IMG/VR virus record: IMGVR_UViG_3300033148_007251
Span: 11,280-75,279 of that record
Reading direction: 5' to 3' (one strand)
Source: a virus
Length of the DNA stretch: 64,000 nucleotides
In this document: positions 1 through 9,562 of the stretch, one piece after another
How the letters are laid out: each line of letters starts with the position of its first letter
How positions within the stretch are numbered: the stretch's first letter is position 1
Program-made: the position numbers and the translations under genes
The notes under the pieces: model-generated
The model's input: the letters and a program-made list of their open reading frames with translations, nothing else
Database searches by the model: none
Told to the model about the DNA's origin: nothing

Positions 1-216
1 TAAATCTTGTATGGTGTCTTCTTTGATATTTTTTGTGTTTTTGTTTCGGATTCGTGATAGTTTGTCATCAATTCTGACATAAATTTGCTCAATGTTATTA
101 CTTTCGCTAAAGATGCGCACTGGTTCAAGAGCTGAATTTCCATATTCTTTATTCTTCTTTAATAGTAATTCTTTAACTGCATTACATTCTTCTATAATCA
201 TTTTTTGTGTATTCAT
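1..216 (-). CDS. DUF1599-like (nucleotide-modification-associated) protein, truncated by window edge
   Basis: Manual translation MNTQKMII...KKNKEYGNSA...RIDDKLSRI...EDTIQDL; ATG overlaps the upstream TAA (TAATG). Confidence 0.7.
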   Translation of the reverse strand, partial: MNTQKMIIEECNAVKELLLKKNKEYGNSALEPVRIFSESNNIEQIYVRIDDKLSRIRNKNTKNIKEDTIQDL

Positions 217-1055
217 TATATTTCCTTTTCTGGTAATTGAACATCTGCATAAACTTTATTTTGCTTGATGCTACTAATAGTTGTTTGATGGGTATTAAAT
301 TTTTTAGCTATAATTTTTTGAGAAAAGCCTTTTGATAACATTTTTCGCATTTCTAAAATTTGATTTTTGGAAAATTTATGATTTCCTTTTGGTAAATTTT
401 TTAAATTTATTCTTGGTGTTTGCATCTCTGAATAATGCCTACCAGTTTTAATATCAGAGATAGTGGTTCTATGAACATTAAATTTTTTAGCAATATCTTT
501 TTGAAGAAGTCCGTTTTTTAATAATTTTCGTATTTCTAAAATTTGGTCAACAGAAAAAATTTTTTGTACATCTGACATTTTTTTACGAATTCTTTTAGAT
601 GGATTTTGATGAGCTATTGATAATTTTTTGCGAGTTTCTTTAGAGACCATTTTGTTTTTGTGTACTTTTGATATTTTTTTACGAGTTTCTTCAGATGGAT
701 TTTTAAGAGCGATAGATATTTTTTTTCTTGCTTCTTTGGACATTTTATACCCATCTATTCCTTCTCCTCCGTCTGTAAGATTATAGCCATTAGTCACTTT
801 GGTATTATATAATTTGATAAACTCAATTTCCATTTTACATAACATATTCCATGAATTACAATAACAAATTATCTCATGCGTAAATTTTTCTTTACCATGT
901 TTTTTGATAGATCGATGCAAATATTGGCAACACTTATTAGCATTAAAATGATTTCTCATTCGGGATTTATAATCACCAGTAATACCAATATAGGCTTTTC
1001 CGCTATCAATATTGGTAATTTTATAAACAACGAATTCTTTAGTTTTATTTTTCAT
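216..1055 (-). CDS. GIY-YIG homing endonuclease with NUMOD3 repeats and C-terminal HTH repeats
   Basis: VVYKITN...YIGIT motif, GYNLTDGGEG, SxETRKKIS repeats; likely start is ATG 1055 because the TTG at 1070 belongs to the promoter motif. Confidence 0.9.
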   Translation of the reverse strand: MKNKTKEFVVYKITNIDSGKAYIGITGDYKSRMRNHFNANKCCQYLHRSIKKHGKEKFTHEIICYCNSWNMLCKMEIEFIKLYNTKVTNGYNLTDGGEGIDGYKMSKEARKKISIALKNPSEETRKKISKVHKNKMVSKETRKKLSIAHQNPSKRIRKKMSDVQKIFSVDQILEIRKLLKNGLLQKDIAKKFNVHRTTISDIKTGRHYSEMQTPRINLKNLPKGNHKFSKNQILEMRKMLSKGFSQKIIAKKFNTHQTTISSIKQNKVYADVQLPEKEI

Positions 1056-1060
1056 ATTGT

Positions 1061-1070
1061 TATTATACAA
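1061..1070 (-). promoter_or_regulatory. TTGTATAATA promoter motif; exact copies also at 45465, 49565, 52604, 54308, 54527 and 61871
   Basis: Seven exact intergenic copies found by eye, all on the minus strand upstream of replication-arm genes or RNAs. Confidence 0.8.
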
Positions 1071-1076
1071 GATTTT

Positions 1077-3155
1077 TTATATTTTATATAATTTACGATT
1101 TTTAAATTCTTCTAATTTCCCTTTATTGAAATTTTTTACTGGCCTTATATATCCGACAACTCTGCTATAAACTTCTGTCTCTGCCCCGCATTTAGGGCAG
1201 GATGCCTTTTCTCCAGGAATGTATCCGTGAGATTGACAAACGCTAAAAGTCGGTGTTAATGAAAAATAAGGCAGCTTATAATTTGTCGCCACTGTCTGAA
1301 TTAGGTTTTTAACGGTTGTTGTATCGGTGATTTGTTCACCAAGGAATAAATGCACCACAGTGCCTCCAGTATATTTTGTTTGGAGTTCATCTTGCAAACT
1401 CAACATTTCAAATACGTCATCCGTATAATTTACTGGAAGCTGGGTTGAGTTAGAATAAAATGGTTCAGCCCCATTTTTATAATCACTTTCATTTGCACAA
1501 ATGATATCAGGATGTTGTTTCTTATCTTTTAAAGGCAAACTATAACTAATTCCTTCACCAGGTGTTGCCTCTAAGTTAAAAATATCACCTGTTTCTTTTT
1601 GTGTCTCTACAAGCAAAGTTCTTAGATGATCCATTATTTCAACAGCAAACTTTTGCCCTTGTTCACTTCCGATATCTTGTTGAAAAAGATTCAGGCACAA
1701 TTCATTCATACCAATAATACCGATTGTTGAAAAATGGTTTTTCCAATAATAACCAGTTCTTTTTTTTGTATCACCCAAATAGAATTTCGAATACGGGTAT
1801 AAATTGTTTTCTGTGAATTTTTCAAGTATTTTTCTTTTTATCATAAGTGATTTGACTGCCGTTTGATATGTTTTTTCTAATATATCAAAACAATCTTCTT
1901 TGTTTTTTGCAACGTATCCTATTTTTGGAAGGTTAATTGTCACAACCCCGATTGAACCAGTCATCGGTGAACTGCCAAATAGGCCTCCGCCTCTGATATC
2001 AAGGTCTTTGTGTGACAATCGAAGCCTACAGCACATACTGGTAACTTGTTCAGGATCCATATTTGAATTTACAAAGTTACTAAAATAAGGAATTCCATAT
2101 TTGCCTGTCATCTTCCATATCATCTCAAGATTAGGGTTATCCCAGTCAAAATCCTTAGTGATGTTATATGTTGGTATGGGAAATGTAAAAACCCTGCCCC
2201 TTGCATCGCCTTCCATCATTACTTCAGCAAATGCCTTGTTAATCATGTCCGCTTGATGTTGAAATTGAGAATATGTAAATTTTTTATAATCTCCACCAAT
2301 AATTACTGGTTGATCTTTTAGTGTAGATGGTATTTGTAAGTCTATGGATATATTGCTAAAAACACTTTGAAAACCGACTCTTGTAGGAACATTCATGTTA
2401 AAAATAAATTCTTGAATTGCCTGTTTTACCTGATCATAACTTAAACTATCAAAATGTACAAATGGTGCTAAAAGAGTATCAAAATTAGACACAGCCATCG
2501 CTCCTGCAGACTCGCCCTGAAGTGTATAAAAAAAGTTTGTTAGCTGCCCTAATGCTGATCTCAAGTGTTTCGCTGGAGCACTTGCTACTTTGCCTTCAAC
2601 TCCAGTAAATCCTTTCAATAACAAGTCTTGTAAGCTCCAACCGCAGCAATAATTTGATAATAAGCCAAGATCATGAATATGAAAATCACCTCTTTTGTGA
2701 GTATTTCTAATTTCAGGCGGATAAATTTTGTTTAGCCAGTATTCAGAGGTTATGCCGGATGAAATATAATTGTTTAACCCTTGCAAAGAATAGCTCATAT
2801 TGCTATTTTCTTTAACTTTCCAGTCCGATTTAGAAATATAATTGTTCATGAAATCAATATTTGTTTTTGTTACAAGGCTTCTTATTTGTGAGTGTTGCTC
2901 TCTGTATATTATGTATGCTTTGGCTGTTTTTTTAAATGGTGAATCAAGCAATATATTTTCAATAATATTTTGAACATCTTCTACAGCAATATTATGATTG
3001 TTGTCTAAGAGTGATAATACCCTTAGTGTATATTTTTTTGCTATTATTTCTTTGAATTCACCAGTTGCTTTGCCAGCCTTAAGAATAGCATTTGTAATTT
3101 TTTCAGAATTAAAAGAGACTACTTTGCCGTTTCTTTTTGTTATTTTGTTGATCAT
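1077..3155 (-). CDS. nrdD: Anaerobic (class III) ribonucleoside-triphosphate reductase with ATP cone
   Basis: N-terminal ATP cone (KRNGKVVSFNSEKI), YCCG, SMCCRL, CxxH..CxxC zinc site, glycyl-radical loop YSRVVGY. Confidence 0.95.
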   Translation of the reverse strand: MINKITKRNGKVVSFNSEKITNAILKAGKATGEFKEIIAKKYTLRVLSLLDNNHNIAVEDVQNIIENILLDSPFKKTAKAYIIYREQHSQIRSLVTKTNIDFMNNYISKSDWKVKENSNMSYSLQGLNNYISSGITSEYWLNKIYPPEIRNTHKRGDFHIHDLGLLSNYCCGWSLQDLLLKGFTGVEGKVASAPAKHLRSALGQLTNFFYTLQGESAGAMAVSNFDTLLAPFVHFDSLSYDQVKQAIQEFIFNMNVPTRVGFQSVFSNISIDLQIPSTLKDQPVIIGGDYKKFTYSQFQHQADMINKAFAEVMMEGDARGRVFTFPIPTYNITKDFDWDNPNLEMIWKMTGKYGIPYFSNFVNSNMDPEQVTSMCCRLRLSHKDLDIRGGGLFGSSPMTGSIGVVTINLPKIGYVAKNKEDCFDILEKTYQTAVKSLMIKRKILEKFTENNLYPYSKFYLGDTKKRTGYYWKNHFSTIGIIGMNELCLNLFQQDIGSEQGQKFAVEIMDHLRTLLVETQKETGDIFNLEATPGEGISYSLPLKDKKQHPDIICANESDYKNGAEPFYSNSTQLPVNYTDDVFEMLSLQDELQTKYTGGTVVHLFLGEQITDTTTVKNLIQTVATNYKLPYFSLTPTFSVCQSHGYIPGEKASCPKCGAETEVYSRVVGYIRPVKNFNKGKLEEFKNRKLYKI

Positions 3156-3338
3156 TATTTGATTTTTCCTTTTTATGTTTAATTATTTGCCTTGCGGGAA
3201 TAGACGTCATTTGTTCACCGATACATATAGGACATTCGTGAATATGATCCATAAATAATATTTTATGTTTTTTGCAATAATTTTTCATATTTTTATTTTG
3301 TCTATGTAATATAAGGGTTTTTATGAAAGAGTCAATCT

Positions 3339-4259
3339 TTATAACCCTATTTCTTTCATGATTGCGTCAGCATCATCTTGTTTAAGATCTCCAGGGTCAC
3401 TGTTTTCAATAAGAAATGGCAAAATTATTACTTTGACACTGTGCCTGAACCCATTTGATATCAAAAAACCTAATTCTTCCGCTTGCATTTGCGCTCTTTG
3501 TTCTGAATCAAACATAATAAAAACTTTTTTGAATGTTGATGCAATCAGCCTGGCTTGTTGTCTGGTGAAGGCTATTCCAAATGTTGCCACTGCACCAGTG
3601 CCTAATCTCCAGACATCCGTTATACCTTCGACAATGATGCATGTATCATGATTAGTCTGGTCAAGTCCGTAAACACAATGTTGATGTTGAATAATTTCTT
3701 CGTTTTGAAAACAAGCGAGATACTTTTGGTCATGTTTACCAGTTATATCTCTGCACTGAAAAGAAACGAGTTTATTGTTTTGATATATAGGCGCACAAAT
3801 ACGATTTTTATAGAATCCATAATGGGGCGTTGATAGTAGATTCCATTGCATGATTAATTTTTCAGGATTAAAATTTCTATTCAAAAGATATTTTTTTGCC
3901 TTCTGTGTCAATGAATTTGTTCCGCTCGGAAATATGAGTTCAGATGGAGTCTCAATTGTATATTTTTCCCGCTTAATAGGCTCTGTGGCAGTAGAATACT
4001 TTTTTAGAATACCATAGGCTTCCTTTTTGTTTATAAGGGCTGATATGATGCTATAGAGCGTGTGACTACCGCATCTATAGCACGTTACATATCCGTCTTT
4101 TGTATTAAACCCTAAATGATAGCCCGATGAACCTGACCCAGAACACATAGGGCATGCACAGTTCACCCATCCCTCTCGGTAATGCTTTCCGTTTTGGGCA
4201 TAAGGGATATTGTAATCATTACAAAATGAGGTAGCATTAAAATTTTGTATATTGCTCAT
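3339..4259 (-). CDS. DNA primase (zinc finger + TOPRIM)
   Basis: CPMC...H...CYRC zinc finger, IIVEGITDV, MFDSE and DPGD TOPRIM motifs. Confidence 0.85.
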   Translation of the reverse strand: MSNIQNFNATSFCNDYNIPYAQNGKHYREGWVNCACPMCSGSGSSGYHLGFNTKDGYVTCYRCGSHTLYSIISALINKKEAYGILKKYSTATEPIKREKYTIETPSELIFPSGTNSLTQKAKKYLLNRNFNPEKLIMQWNLLSTPHYGFYKNRICAPIYQNNKLVSFQCRDITGKHDQKYLACFQNEEIIQHQHCVYGLDQTNHDTCIIVEGITDVWRLGTGAVATFGIAFTRQQARLIASTFKKVFIMFDSEQRAQMQAEELGFLISNGFRHSVKVIILPFLIENSDPGDLKQDDADAIMKEIGL

Positions 4260-4274
4260 TACATTCTCCCTTTT

Positions 4275-5075
4275 TTAAAGTCGTATTTCTGCATAACGTT
4301 CGTTTCGTTTGATGATACCAATAGTTGAATGAGCAACACCAAATTTTTTAGCTATTTTACGTTGTGGTATTTTATCTAATAACATTTTTCTTATTTCTAA
4401 AATTTGTTTATTTGTAAATATTAATTTTGCTTCTGATATTTTTTTACAATGTTCTTTAGATTTTTTTTTGCCTTTATGCGATTCGGATATTTTCTTGCGA
4501 GCTTCAGCAGTGTGTTTTTTACCTTTCCCCGCTTCAGATATTTTTTTACGAGTTTCTTCAGAAATTATTTTTCCTTTATTTGCTTTGGATATTTTTCGCT
4601 TTGTTATTTTAGAGAGATGCTTGCCATAATTAGGATGTTTTTCGCCTTGTAGTGCATCAGATATTTTTTTACAAGATTCAGGTGTGTGCTTTTGTTTATA
4701 AAAGGGATTATTTTCTCCCTTATGTGATTCAGACATCTTTAGACGTGTTTCTTTAGAAACTATAACCCCTAATTGACCCTCCCCGCCATCAGTAAGATTA
4801 TAACCATTAGGCCTTTTGGTATTAAATTGTTTTATGTATATAATTTCTTTTTTACAAAGTTCTTCCCATGAATTACACTCAAATATAATTTCAGATATAA
4901 ATTTACTTTTCCCATATTTTTTAATAGTATTATGTAAATAAGTGTCATCATAATTATAATTAAAATGTCCCCTCATTCTTTTTTTATAATTAGTAGTAAT
5001 ACCAATATAACACATACCATTGGTAATATTGGTAATTTTATACACAACAAATTCTTTTTTGTTCTTTGACATCAT
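4275..5075 (-). CDS. GIY-YIG homing endonuclease (NUMOD3, HTH)
   Basis: VVYKITNITNGMCYIGIT, GYNLTDGGEG, NUMOD3 repeats. Confidence 0.9.
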   Translation of the reverse strand: MMSKNKKEFVVYKITNITNGMCYIGITTNYKKRMRGHFNYNYDDTYLHNTIKKYGKSKFISEIIFECNSWEELCKKEIIYIKQFNTKRPNGYNLTDGGEGQLGVIVSKETRLKMSESHKGENNPFYKQKHTPESCKKISDALQGEKHPNYGKHLSKITKRKISKANKGKIISEETRKKISEAGKGKKHTAEARKKISESHKGKKKSKEHCKKISEAKLIFTNKQILEIRKMLLDKIPQRKIAKKFGVAHSTIGIIKRNERYAEIRL

Positions 5076-5079
5076 GTTT

Positions 5080-5430
5080 TTATCCTATAACTTCTCTTTC
5101 GATAACAAATGATGATTGGTTATTTGTTTTTCTCATAAATTTTCCAGGCATATAAATTTCACCCCTTGAATCAATTCTTTCATTATTAGGGCCAATCACA
5201 TCAGAATTTGACATCCAAGAAGAATATTTAAAACACCTAATCATATTTATAGCAATATAAAAACTTGCTATTTCTTGATCTCTTTGGGATCCTTTTGGTA
5301 TTTTTGTTTTGTCACTCCTTAATGGCTCAAAATTTGGATCATTAAGGAGTTGTCCCCTCTCTTTCTTTTTCTTTTTTTTATTTATTGCTATTTCCCTCAT
5401 TAATTCTTTTAATATGGCTTTTTTCTTCAT
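5080..5430 (-). CDS. Hypothetical protein
   Basis: 116-aa ORF with AAGGAG RBS. Confidence 0.6.
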   Translation of the reverse strand: MKKKAILKELMREIAINKKKKKKERGQLLNDPNFEPLRSDKTKIPKGSQRDQEIASFYIAINMIRCFKYSSWMSNSDVIGPNNERIDSRGEIYMPGKFMRKTNNQSSFVIEREVIG

Positions 5431-5553
5431 AACTCTCCTTATTTAAACATTTCATAATCATAATAAATTGTTGATTGGTAAAACATAACTTTATTCATCC
5501 AGGTTGGACAGCTATAATAATTGTATTTTTTAAATATTCGTTTAAATCTTTGG

Positions 5554-6050
5554 TTATATATTTCCATTTTTTATCTCCTTTTTTTGTTTTGAATACATAA
5601 TACAAGTTTTCATTATTTTTTCGTTTAAATATTGATAGTTTTTAAAATTATTTGTTCGTAATCTGTAGGTTATTGTGTATTTTTTTATATTGAGTGTTTC
5701 TGAAGCATTTTTAACGGTATCAAAATGTTGGTTATCAATAATAATAGCACGTGCCATTGGATGGTTTTGCCTCTTTGTGATAAATGAGGCTTGTCTTTTA
5801 ATGCATCTGATAATTTTTTACGAGTTTCTTTTGAAATATTTTGTTTAGAAATCGATAGTTTTTCACGGGTTTTTAAAGACATTGTTCTACCTTTTGATGC
5901 TTCTGACATTTTTTTACGAGTTTCTTTAGATGGATTTTTGGTTTTGTTAATTCTTTTTTAATAGTCTTTAATGATTGTTTTTTGTCAGTTAATGAGTCAC
6001 TAATTTTTTTACGTGTTTTTTCAGAAAGTTTTTTGCCCTTATGTGCATCA
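5554..6050 (-). pseudogene. Frameshifted remnant of a NUMOD3/NUMOD1-type homing endonuclease
   Basis: HKGKKLSEKTRKK and SKETRKKMSEASKG repeats spread over several frames; no nuclease domain. Confidence 0.7.
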
Positions 6051-6051
6051 T

Positions 6052-7998
6052 TTATTTTTCTCTTTTATTTTTTAAAATGTTTATTAAATCATTAAATATA
6101 TTTGTTGATTTTGTTATTTTACCATCTAAAATTTGATCAACAACGATGGCTTTTTCTTTTAATAGTGACATAATATCTTCTTCAATTGTATTTTGGCTAA
6201 CAAGATAATGAATATTAACGTTTTTTTTTTGGCCAATTCTATGGCAGCGATCTTCAGCTTGAGAAAGGGTTCCGGGTTCCCATGGATATTCCAAAAAACA
6301 AACATTTGATGAAGCGTTCAACGTAAGGCCTGTTCCAGCGGATTTGATATTTCCAACAAATAACTTGATTTTAGGGTCAGTTTGAAATTTATCAACGGCG
6401 GTTTGTCTTTTATTTGATGGAGTTGATCCATCAATTTTGACAGTCATTTTAGGAAACTCTTTGATTAATAAATTAATTGTTTTTTTGTGAATAGCAAATA
6501 TAACCAATTTTTGATCACTTTCTAAAAAATTATTTATCCATTTGATACATTGTTTAAACTTTCCATTGATAGAAAGTTGTTTAAGCTTTTCAAGGGATGT
6601 CAATGCCTCTGCTTTTTTTGCCTTTTTTGCTTTTTCTTCTCCTTCGTGTTCTTTAATCCAATCGATGATATTGTTTTCTGCCTTTTTGTATTCTTTAAAA
6701 TTATCAATTTTAATTGGTATGATTGATTTGGTTTTTGGCGGTAGTTCTTTTAATACATCTTCTTTTTTGCGTCGGATCATAATAGACTTTGTTAAGATTT
6801 TATGCAATTCGAGAATATTGCTTGAGCCAGAAAAATCCCATCCCCAAGAATTATGTTTTAAATCGCAATATTTTTTTGCGAAATTCCATCTATTTGGGAA
6901 TAATCCTGGGTGGATGATCCTGATAATATTAAAGAACTCAATCGGTCTGTTTATAATTGGAGTCCCGGATAAAGCGATAACCCGCTTTATCTTTTTACAC
7001 AAAGATATTGTTGTTTTGGTTCGTAAAGCTCCGTTGGTCTTAATATAATGAAACTCATCTAAAATAATTATTTCTGCTCTTAGTGCCTTAAGTGTAGGTG
7101 TCCACGTTGATAAGATGTCATAATTAATAATATAGATGTCAACGTGAGGGATCGGATACATTTTTTTACCGCTGATTATATGAATAGTTTCTTTTTCCAT
7201 CCACGCCTTGATTTCATTTGCCCAGTTTTGCTTGAGAGAGGAAGGGCAAACAATTATAACCGGTCTTAATTTTTTATTAAGTTGAGCATATCCAAGGGCT
7301 TGAACGGTTTTACCAAGTCCCATCTCATCAACTATAAGTGCTCTCCCTTTATTGTTTTTAATAAAAGAAACACCTTCTTTTTGAAATTGATATAGTTTCT
7401 TTTTTAAACCGGGTATTGAAAAATTTGTAATCAGTTTTTTTTCAGAGGTGATATCCTCATACCAATTATTTAGATTTTCACAAAGGTTAAATTTAAATTC
7501 TTTGAGTTTTTTGACAGCTTCAACAGACACAGGGCATTTCCAGCACTGTTCTTTTTTTACAAATTTATATCCTGGAAGTGTTTTGATTTTAAGGATTGTT
7601 TTTTTGAATCTTTCATCGCCATAAGGATATTTAAACTTGATAATAATAGAATTTTTCTGCCTCTCAGCGATTTTAATAATATTCAGCTCCTCTTGTTTAG
7701 TACCATCGAATCCAAGGTCTTTGATTTTTTCTAATGTTATTCCAACCTTTAATAATTGATTTACATATTTTGGCATTGCTTTTCGTAAATACCATTTTTG
7801 TCTGTCGTCGAGTTCAAGCCCCTCCATGTCTTTTTTGGCAATAGCGAATAGAAAGCCAGAGTCTTGATTGTTAAAAGTTACCTTATTGTCACCATTGGTT
7901 TGTAGGGCATGCATAGCCATAAGCGCGCCCAGTGCCATGCATTCATCATTTTTGATTAAGTCCATTAACTTTCGTGTGTTTTTATCCATTGAAATCAC
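6052..7998 (-). CDS. SNF2-family helicase/translocase (SMARCAL1/HARP-like)
   Basis: DEMGLGKT, LDEFH, LSGTP, QAEDRCHRIGQ. Confidence 0.92.
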   Translation of the reverse strand: MISMDKNTRKLMDLIKNDECMALGALMAMHALQTNGDNKVTFNNQDSGFLFAIAKKDMEGLELDDRQKWYLRKAMPKYVNQLLKVGITLEKIKDLGFDGTKQEELNIIKIAERQKNSIIIKFKYPYGDERFKKTILKIKTLPGYKFVKKEQCWKCPVSVEAVKKLKEFKFNLCENLNNWYEDITSEKKLITNFSIPGLKKKLYQFQKEGVSFIKNNKGRALIVDEMGLGKTVQALGYAQLNKKLRPVIIVCPSSLKQNWANEIKAWMEKETIHIISGKKMYPIPHVDIYIINYDILSTWTPTLKALRAEIIILDEFHYIKTNGALRTKTTISLCKKIKRVIALSGTPIINRPIEFFNIIRIIHPGLFPNRWNFAKKYCDLKHNSWGWDFSGSSNILELHKILTKSIMIRRKKEDVLKELPPKTKSIIPIKIDNFKEYKKAENNIIDWIKEHEGEEKAKKAKKAEALTSLEKLKQLSINGKFKQCIKWINNFLESDQKLVIFAIHKKTINLLIKEFPKMTVKIDGSTPSNKRQTAVDKFQTDPKIKLFVGNIKSAGTGLTLNASSNVCFLEYPWEPGTLSQAEDRCHRIGQKKNVNIHYLVSQNTIEEDIMSLLKEKAIVVDQILDGKITKSTNIFNDLINILKNKREK

Positions 7999-8255
7999 CG
8001 TCCTTTCTACGTATTAAATAAGCTCTAATAATTTTTCACGTAAACCCTCGTATCCGCAAATATAAGCGTATATCTCTTTGTTACTTAGATAAAGGGGCGC
8101 ACAATACCCTTCATATTCATTCAAGACTATACGCTCTATTATTTCCAGTTTTTTTGTTAGTTCCTTTTCTAACTTTGTCATTTTATTTTATCCCCTTTTG
8201 TTATAATTTTGCTATGATTTATTCAATTTATTATTTTTTAAATGATCCAAAGGTG

Positions 8256-9032
8256 TTATTTAAATTTAGCTCTACTAAGATTAGCTCCACTAAGATTAGC
8301 TCTACTAAGGTTAGCTTCACTAAGGTTAGCTCTACTAAGGTTAGCTTCACTAAGGTTAGCTTCACTAAGGTTAGTCCAACTAAGATCAGCCCAACTAAGA
8401 TCAACTCTACCAAGGTTAGCTTCACTAAGATCAGTCCCACTAAGATCAGTCCCACTAAGATCAGCTCTATGAAGATCAGCTCCACTAAGATCAGCTTCAC
8501 TAAGATCAGTCCCACTAAGATCAGCTCTATGAAGATCAGCTCTATGAAGATCAGCTCCACTAAGATCAGCTCTATGAAGATCAGCTCCACTAAGATCGGC
8601 TCTATGAAGATCAGCTCCACTAAGATCGGCTCTATGAAGATCAGCTCCACTAAGATCGGCTCCACTAAGATCGGCCCAACTAAGATCACCCCAACTAAGA
8701 TCAGTTTCACTAAGGTTAGCCTTATCAAGGTTAGCCCTACTAAGATCACCCCAACTAAGATCAGTTTCACTAAGGTTAGCCTTATCAAGGTTAGCTTCGT
8801 TAAGGTTAATCTTACTAAGATCAGCTCTACCAAGGTTAGCTTCACTAAGATCAGTCCCACTAAGATCCGCCCCACTAAGATCCGCCCCACTAAGATCCGT
8901 CCCACGAAGATCAGCCCCACTAAGATCAGCTCTTATTTTAATAGCATTTCTTAGAGTTTTTCTTATTGTTTTTAAATTATCTTCGAATATTATTTTTTGA
9001 GTTTTTTTATGTATTATTTTCATAATTTTCAT
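8256..9032 (-). CDS. Pentapeptide repeat protein
   Basis: Continuous A(D/N)LSG/ADLHR pentapeptides encoded by 15-bp DNA repeats. Confidence 0.9.
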   Translation of the reverse strand: MKIMKIIHKKTQKIIFEDNLKTIRKTLRNAIKIRADLSGADLRGTDLSGADLSGADLSGTDLSEANLGRADLSKINLNEANLDKANLSETDLSWGDLSRANLDKANLSETDLSWGDLSWADLSGADLSGADLHRADLSGADLHRADLSGADLHRADLSGADLHRADLHRADLSGTDLSEADLSGADLHRADLSGTDLSGTDLSEANLGRVDLSWADLSWTNLSEANLSEANLSRANLSEANLSRANLSGANLSRAKFK

Positions 9033-9039
9033 TTTACCT

Positions 9040-9537
9040 TTATGAGTTTATGGTAAATTTAATTTCATTCAAAGTTTTGTCAATAATTTTCTTCTTCCAT
9101 CCTATTTTGACTAAGTATTTGGATAATTGATATACACTTAGTTTGGATTTAGGAATCATATTTATCAAATCTTTTGGGGCATCAAAAATAATAGCAACTA
9201 TATCTTTCGCTTCATTTGTCATTTTGTTTAGGGAGTCTTTAAAGATACATCTCTTTTCCTGGTTACCGCCATCAGTACTGTTAGTTTCTTCTATAAACTC
9301 ACAAGAGATATGCTTATTTTTATTTTGATTATTCTTTGTGATAATATTTTTGAATCTATTTTCTACTGATGAAAACAATAATGTTGAGAATTGTCCTTTT
9401 TTTGAATCATGTAGGGGAAAGCATTCTGCAAATAAAAGATTACATTCCCCCACAGCATCATCAAGTTCCGTATGAGACCTGGTGTGCCATTTCCATGCCT
9501 GCTTTTGTATCATTTTTGAATAATCTTGATATTCCAT
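9040..9537 (-). CDS. Phage sigma70-family (region 2) sigma factor-like protein
   Basis: MIQKQAWKW...ELDDAVGECNL...HDSKKGQFSTLLFSSVENRF resembles sigma region 2; start set at MEYQD behind a GGAG RBS. Confidence 0.7.
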   Translation of the reverse strand: MEYQDYSKMIQKQAWKWHTRSHTELDDAVGECNLLFAECFPLHDSKKGQFSTLLFSSVENRFKNIITKNNQNKNKHISCEFIEETNSTDGGNQEKRCIFKDSLNKMTNEAKDIVAIIFDAPKDLINMIPKSKLSVYQLSKYLVKIGWKKKIIDKTLNEIKFTINS

Positions 9538-9562
9538 TTTTGTTGCTCCCTTTTTGTTTAGT

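Noticed and set aside
1077-3155. Group I intron or intein in nrdD (also checked dnaE, terL, recA)
   Set aside because: ORFs are continuous and not enlarged; the endonucleases are free-standing
1-3300. Absence of the nrdG activase
   Set aside because: It may lie just outside the window, so absence cannot be claimed
8154-8954. Long alternative-frame and antisense ORFs (266, 229, 76 aa)
   Set aside because: By-products of the stop-free 15-bp repeats in the pentapeptide gene
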